DNA from: Octopus sinensis
Taxonomy: Eukaryota
Reading direction: 5' to 3'
Length of the DNA stretch: 64,000 bases
Assembly (NCBI RefSeq): GCF_006345805.1
Contig: NC_042997.1
Coordinates: 157,046,001-157,110,000, forward strand
Position 1 is the stretch's first letter. Every line of letters starts with the position of its first letter. The notes beneath the pieces are model-generated. The model saw only the letters and a list, made by a program, of their open reading frames with translations. It did not search any database and was not told the DNA's origin. A program made the translations under genes and the position numbers. This document shows positions 56,578-64,000 of the stretch, in pieces.

Positions 56578-57480
56578 TGTACAGGGTGTTCTAGCTCAAT
56601 TTGACCATATTTTAAGTCTGCTTGTTTTTCAGGAACAGCTTGATATATTGGTGAACAGACAGCGTGGGAGAGCATAAAGATTAAAGTTGTAGTTGAGCAT
56701 AAATTTGCCGACATGGAGGACTGGAAGCCATTGAAATCTCTCTCTATATAAAGCTGAAGTTGTCTGTTTGTGGCAGGTTTGGTAGCCTTCAACTAACACT
56801 ATCTCCTCCGAGACCCTGCGGCGCAAGTTGACCAAAATTGAGAGTATGATAGAAGAAGGCTTGCTCTTCTTTTCGTAGAAGATAAAATTCAAATCGGACC
56901 ATGCTAACACCAAAAATTATTTACATCAAAAATGTGCTTTTTTTTCTATGAAAATCCCTGTTTTTTACGATTTTTTCACTGCTGTGTGGCCCTTTTTCGG
57001 TGTATTTCAACCAGAAAAATGTTCACTTAAAGAGAATAACAAGCTACATAATGCAAAATTTTTACCTTTCAAAAATTCCAATTCTAAAGGGTCGAAACAA
57101 ACCCGAGCAATACTGCTAGTATTGGTAAAAAGATATCAGTATCATAATGATTCGTATCAGTTATCAAAGCGTCAGCATTATGACTGCTGCTCAATCTTCT
57201 GTGACATGGACACCATTTAAACCAAGTTCCCCCCAAACTGTGATGATTCTTGGGTGTATCCAGTGAGGTTGGCGGCCCAACATCTTAGAACAGCGACGGC
57301 TATGTGAAGCTGCTGGAGATTGTGTTCAAACCCCGAAGAAAGTGTCCCCGATATCTAACCTCGTAATTCCCCTGATTGTAATCCCTTGGATTATTATGCG
57401 TGGAGCGTTGTTGAAAAGGACACCAACCACTCTGCCTATGACACCAAACCGAGCTCGTAGCCAAGATCAACGTTTACATA
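56578..57480 (+). pseudogene. Degenerate Tc1/mariner (DD37D-like) transposon
   Basis: TA-cagggtg start; LLFFS*K first-D region; KFPQTVMILGC..GYVKLLE..NSPDCNPLDYYAWSVVEKDTN. Confidence 0.75.
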
Positions 57481-57573
57481 TAACTTTCCCTCCCTCCCCC
57501 TCTCTCTCAATAAACTTTTCTATACACAAATATATACATATATGATTATGTATATAATGTATATATATATATA

Positions 57574-57736
57574 GGCGTAGGAGTGGCTGTGTGGTAAGTA
57601 GCTTGCTTACCAGCCACATGGTTCCCGGTTCAGTTTCACTGCGTGGCACCTTGGGCAAGTGTCTTCAACTATAGCCTAGGGCCGACCAAAGCCTTGTGAG
57701 TGGATTTGGTAGACGAAAACTGAAAGAAGCTCGACG

Positions 57737-57798
<62 letters not shown>

Positions 57799-57799
57799 A

Positions 57800-57843
<44 letters not shown>

Positions 57844-58050
57844 GTATGTTTGTGAGTTTGTGTTTGTACCCCCAACTTTGCTTGACAACCGATGCTGGTG
57901 TGTTTACGTCCCTGTATCTTAGCGGTTCGGCAAAAGAGTTGGATAGAATAAATACTAGGCTTACAAAGAATAAGTCCTGGGGTCGATTTGCTCGACTAAA
58001 GGCGGTGCTCCAGCATGGCCACAGTTACATGACTGAAACAAGTAAAAGAG
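57574..58050 (+). mobile_element. SINE family B with expanded internal (AT)n
   Basis: Both arms intact around ~110 nt of AT repeat. Confidence 0.9.
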
Positions 58051-58074
58051 TATATGTATACACATATATGCTCA

Positions 58075-58104
<30 letters not shown>

Positions 58105-58109
<5 letters not shown>

Positions 58110-58340
58110 TTCTTTACTACCCACAAGGGGCTAAACACAGAGGGGACAAACAAGGACAGACAAACGGATTAAGTCGATTACATCAACCCCAGTGCGTAAC
58201 TGGTACTTAATTTATCGACCCCGAAAGGATGAAAGGCAAAGTCGACCTCGGCGGAATTTGAACCCAGAACGTACCGGCAGACGAAATACGGCTACGCATT
58301 TCGCCCGGCGTGCTAACGTTTCAGCCAGCTCGCCGCCTCT
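58105..58340 (-). mobile_element. SINE family A, full monomer
   Basis: Reverse complement of 21297-21530. Confidence 0.9.
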
Positions 58341-58776
58341 CTCTCTCTCTATATATATATACACACATTTATACACACATATATATATACACACATACAC
58401 CCACACATTCCCTCACCAGCTTTTCCAGTTGCACTTTTATTGATGAATACTTCGATGACTTCTATTACACCATGAAAAAATCTGCCTTTTCAGGCGATTT
58501 TCAAGAAATAATCACATTGGTAGCTAAAGGAGTTAAATTGACTAACTTGCTCCCTGTTTAGCAAGGCAAGCTGGTCAATTTACATTTTGAACCTGCTTGT
58601 ATGCTTATCGATTTGAAATTACCCGATGAAGGCAGATTATTTTCGATGATCTAATCAAAGTAATCGAAATATTTATTAGGAAAAATGCTGCTGAAACAGC
58701 TGAAGTGAAATTTTAAAAACCACCTTGAACCATCCCGAAGTTAGATCTATAATTTATATTGGACTGGGTACCCATA

Positions 58777-58885
<109 letters not shown>

Positions 58886-59059
58886 CGCGCGTGCATATAT
58901 GTACGCATGTGTAAAATCGTATATACATACATGGTGGCTGCCCCCTCGTTATCGAGTATGGCCATTGCACGAAGCTTAATCAATGTTGTTATCGAGCAAT
59001 GCCTGTGCAAGAAGATTTTTTTTTTTAAGTGAGGAAGGACTGTGCACTGAGTCAATCCC

Positions 59060-59475
59060 ACTCACTAAGCAACAGCAGCCATAATCCGAAAAGAAGAACA
59101 AGTCAACATCATCGGTAACCACTGAGCCGCAGGTTTTATGCCGGAGTTATCCCAGTTATCTGAGTTACTTTCTCCTAAAAGGATGCCCTAACAAAGGCTA
59201 GGAGTCCTTCACTCCCAATGGTTTAACCGCGCGATCGGGTATTCAGTCCAATTATTTCTATGTCCCCGCGCAGGATACAGCCTTAAGACATTTATTCGAT
59301 GGCCGTTGACTCTCAAGAGTTCCTCTGCCCTTTAACGGGTTTTGTTTCTCATCCCGCAGGGTGTCCAATAAACACCCTCCTCACCAAGCAAGCTTGGTGG
59401 GGTTGCCGGTTTAGTCGCCGACGACCCGACCATGCAACAGGTTGTACTGGGTTACATGTTACCAGTAGCACTCGG
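59060..59475 (-). mobile_element. Probable non-LTR retrotransposon 5' UTR fragment
   Basis: GC-rich structured block with gggcatccttttaggagaaagtaactc, resembling LINE 5'-UTR motifs; begins next to (TACA)n. Confidence 0.4.
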
Positions 59476-60042
59476 AAACATACATACATACATACATACA
59501 TACATACATACACTGCCTGCCTGTTGCCGGCGTCCTGCATGTCGAAGTACCTGGATCCTAGCGAATCCTATAACTGAATGATACTATAGATGGGTATGGA
59601 CCGGGTACGTATGTGTGTATATATTTATATGCACATGCATGTATGTTTGTGCGTATATGTATGTACGCGCATGCAGGTATGTATGCTTGTATATATATAA
59701 CGAATCCTACAATTGATTGATATTATACATGGGTACAAACTGTTAACCCCCATTTCTTTCCTCTTCTATTTCTCAAAAAATTCTTTTTAGTATTTTATAA
59801 GATGGATACATCGAAACCGGTTATATTTTAAATCACTCACTGTAACAGTAACAAAAATATTAAACATTCTCTAAAATATACTTTTGTGCCTTTTCCAACT
59901 TTATTTACTTTTTTATCCAAAATTTTTGATTTGTATGAACTCTTAGCCCCTTTTCAACTATATGTGAGTGTGTGTGTGTGTTTGTATATACATATGCATA
60001 CACACAGACACATGCACATGCACACACACGCACACACAGACA

Positions 60043-60130
<88 letters not shown>

Positions 60131-60620
60131 ATATATATATATATTTGTTTTGGTCGAGTCAGCCTCTTGCCGCCCTGGAGTTTCGCCTCTGAAATTTATA
60201 ACACAACTTACCTGGAGACTCGGTGAACGCAACGTAGAAACTCAATTATAGCCAGAGATTGGATTTGGACAAAAGAAAAATATTATAAATCTCTGCTTTT
60301 GTATGAAGTACTCTTTCTTTCGGTAATCAAGACTAGACGAGTATATATACATTACATGCGCTCCCTCACACACACACACACCACACTCTCTCTCTCTCTC
60401 TCTCACACACAGACATACACGCATACTCACATGCAGATATATGGATAGGTACAGATATTAGGCATCCAGTCGAGAACTATACACATATACAATTATGTGT
60501 TTTATTCACATATCTATATATGAATATATATATATATATAATATTAGGGAGTATAACTCCCAACTTACAGGGAAAAATTCAATTTAGTATTAAATCAAAT
60601 TTCACAATATAAATATATAA

Positions 60621-60900
60621 TATATATAAATTAGAGAAAAACCACTATTATGCAATTCAAACAATGATAGACATAAACCATTTCTTATAGAAAGAATAAA
60701 ATATATTATAAAACATATAACTAGATCACGAAAGTACATAATAATGAATAAACCTTATATAGTAAGTATTATATAATGTTTATTCATTATTATCTACTTT
60801 TTGTGATCTAGATATATATTTTATAATATATTTAAGTTTTTCTATAAGAAATGGTTTATGTCTATCATTGTTTGAATTACATAATAGTGGTTTTTCTCTA

Positions 60901-60910
<10 letters not shown>
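60621..60910. repeat. Long imperfect palindrome, ~133-bp arms, 24-nt spacer
   Basis: 60621-60753 is the reverse complement of 60778-60910. Confidence 0.9.
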
Positions 60911-60949
<39 letters not shown>

Positions 60950-61623
60950 AAAGTATAATAGATACATTAGAAAAGGTTCAAATCAGGCAGACTACGGTTA
61001 ACTCTTATACATACGAGTTTAATATAAATATATATTGATATATTAGAAGAATATAGAAAAAAGACATTTAAAAAAATTCAAAATATGATATAGACATAGT
61101 AATTCTTTATATTATATTTTGAATGTTGAAAAATGTCTTTTTTCTATATTCCATTATTATTTTTTATCTATATTCCATTATTATTATGTTTATATCTTTA
61201 TATATCTATATGTTCGTGTATATTTTTAGTATTCATATATTTTTATATTTTCATATTTTTACATTTCTAATATATCATTATGTGTTTCAGATTGGACAAT
61301 TCCTATTTTATCCAAATTAAACTCGTGTATGTATGTGTTAATCGTAGCCTGCCTGATTTTAACCTTTTTTCATTGTATCTAGTATACTTGCCTAACGCTT
61401 CGAGTTCGACTTGAGTACGTCTACGCTATCTATGTTTTTCGAAAGAATTTCACCTGAAACTTGAATTTACTATGTAGAGAGTTATTACAAACAACATGGT
61501 TGGACAACACAACCGAAGAAGAGAATGAAACAACAGCTCGATAGGTAAACAGATTGTCTCTATCTGTAGTTATAGAAGAAACCGTAGCTACAAAACTATA
61601 CACACATAAAACAAAACATACAA

Positions 61624-61686
<63 letters not shown>

Positions 61687-62333
61687 GCATACTTACAGAA
61701 AAAAACCTGTTGTTGAAATTCAAGGATCTAGGTTAGAAACCCGCTCTTTCGCTGTTGGCAAGAAATCTTGAAATAAAACTGAATAATGACATACTTACGT
61801 ACAAGGTTAGCATGCTGATAGTATGAAAGAGCTTTGTTTCTGGGTTTTTGAAAAATATAACCAGTGAGATATACATATGTACATACATACAACCACCCCA
61901 CATGATAAGTGTATAAATTATGAAAAAGAAATTACAATTTTCATCAGTCGTTTTAATCCGTTTGAAATAGAATGTTTGTTAAATATGCTGAAAAGTTAAA
62001 AAAAGTATGATTAACCGAGCACCCGTTTAGCATAATGTTAGAGAACAAAACACTAATATGATGATGATGATAATGATGATGATGACGATGATGTAGTAGT
62101 GGTGGGGAAGATGATTGACTGAGTATATATCAATACAGATATATACGACTAGGTGAAGGTTCACGACGGACGAGAATCTGTGCAGATTAACAAAAATAGG
62201 ATCCAATATGATGTGTGGGTAATGGTGCTGGTAGCCTTATGGTGCTGGTAGCCTAATAATAACTGATAGGATTTTGTATGTATTTATTTTGTAATTTTTG
62301 AGTCAAGCAAACTCAAATAGAGCACTTTCCTAA

Positions 62334-62490
<157 letters not shown>

Positions 62491-63267
62491 ACGCATCAAT
62501 CCATAAATACGTTCTTTTACTCATTTAGTTTACTTTTAAAGGATTCAGCCATTGGACTGTCGCCATGCGGGGAATCGTCTTGAAGAACTTAGTCGATCAA
62601 ATCCCAGTACATATTATGATACTTGTACTTATTCTAGCTTTCTCTCTTTATTTTTTTTTTCTTGTCGAATCGCTAAGCTACAGCAGGAACAAAAACTGAT
62701 CAACACTGGCTGTCAATTAATGAGAGATAAATACGAAGAAGCACGTATACACCAACACTCACAAAAGGTACTGCACAGTGGAGTTGAACACAAAACCGCG
62801 TGAACAAAATTTTCCCACTGGAGTGAAAACAAATTCAAGAAATCACTGACTTTATAAAAATCTCTCAAATACATATTTGACTGGTATGCGGCAGCAGGAC
62901 AGCTATCACTGACAAAGCGCATTATGCTGAAATCACGTGATATAGCATTTATGGCGCCCATGCCAGTCGATTCTCTTTTGCTATGATATGTCTGTGCCCT
63001 ACGATATATGTCTGTACTGTACATCTATATGAGAGAACCTCGCAAGGTGAATACCGCAACGTCCAGCGTTCTTATAATACATTCACGTTAAGTTGGACAT
63101 AAAGATTGCTATTTGGTACAAATACAGCTTCTGTCATTAATATGTATGTGTGTATGTATGTGTGCGTGTGCGTGCGTGCGTATGTGTATGCGTGAATGCA
63201 TGGGCATGTATATGAATGTGTATGCATATAAGTATATATCATCCACAGTTATATGAGTAGTGAATGA

Positions 63268-63431
63268 GGCGCAGGTGTGGCTGTGTGGTAAGTAGCTTGC
63301 TAACCAACCACATGGTTGCGGGTTCAGTCCCACTGCGTGGCATCTTGGGCAAGTGTCTTCTGCTATAGCGCCGGGCCGACCAATACCTTGTGAGTGGATT
63401 TGGTAGACGGAAACTGAAAGAAGCCTGTCGT

Positions 63432-63463
<32 letters not shown>

Positions 63464-63687
63464 GTATGTGTATGTGTTTTTGTGTCTGTGTTTGTACCCC
63501 TAGCATTGCTTGACAACCGATGCTGGTGTGTTTACGTCCCCGTCTCTTAGCGGTTCGGCAAAAGAGACCGATAGAATAAGTACTGGGCTTACAAAGAATA
63601 AGTCCCGGGGTCGACTTGCTCGACTAAAGGCGGTGCTCCAGCATGGCTGCAGTCAAATGACTGAAACATGTAAAAGAGTAAAAGAGT
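63268..63687 (+). mobile_element. SINE family B, full copy
   Basis: Same structure as 6866-7295. Confidence 0.9.
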
Positions 63688-64000
63688 ACATAATCATTCA
63701 AACTTAAAGAAATAGTTGTCTTGAAAATGATACACTGAAAGATGTATTTCTGGATACACAAGATACAGAAGGATGATAGCTAGAACCCATGATAGACAAA
63801 TAGAGCTTAACCTAATGCTGAACAACAGCAAAAACAAGAAACATAATGGTTTCAAATTTTGGCATAAGACCAGCAATGTTGGGTGTAGGATTTAATTGAT
63901 TACATCGACCTCAGTACTTGACTGGTAGTCGACCGCAATATTTGACTGCTACGCAAATCACTGAGTATTGAAAGGGCATGATTTTAAGCATTATGTTACT

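Overview
Repeat-saturated animal genomic DNA, most likely an Octopus species. This is inferred from abundant tRNA-headed SINE families of octopus type and the extreme (AT)n/(CA)n/(TACA)n load. Almost every ORF in the supplied track is a translated microsatellite or SINE. Well-supported content: at least five SINE families; a ~7 kb Penelope-like element (RT plus C-terminal GIY-YIG, Naiad-like) with an inverted, duplicated 5' pseudo-LTR; several hammerhead-ribozyme motifs, including one intact-looking U3-A8 core variant; relics of RTE, R4/Dong-like, Gypsy, hAT, Tc1/mariner and possibly Ginger-type elements; hAT MITEs with TSDs; Helitron-like termini; and several local tandem or inverted duplications. 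No host gene can be named. A few short, phase-compatible minus-strand exon candidates suggest a large-intron gene for a glycosylated extracellular or luminal protein, at low confidence. Frequent 1-nt indels between near-identical copies suggest long-read assembly error. Coordinates were counted by hand, and element boundaries are approximate.
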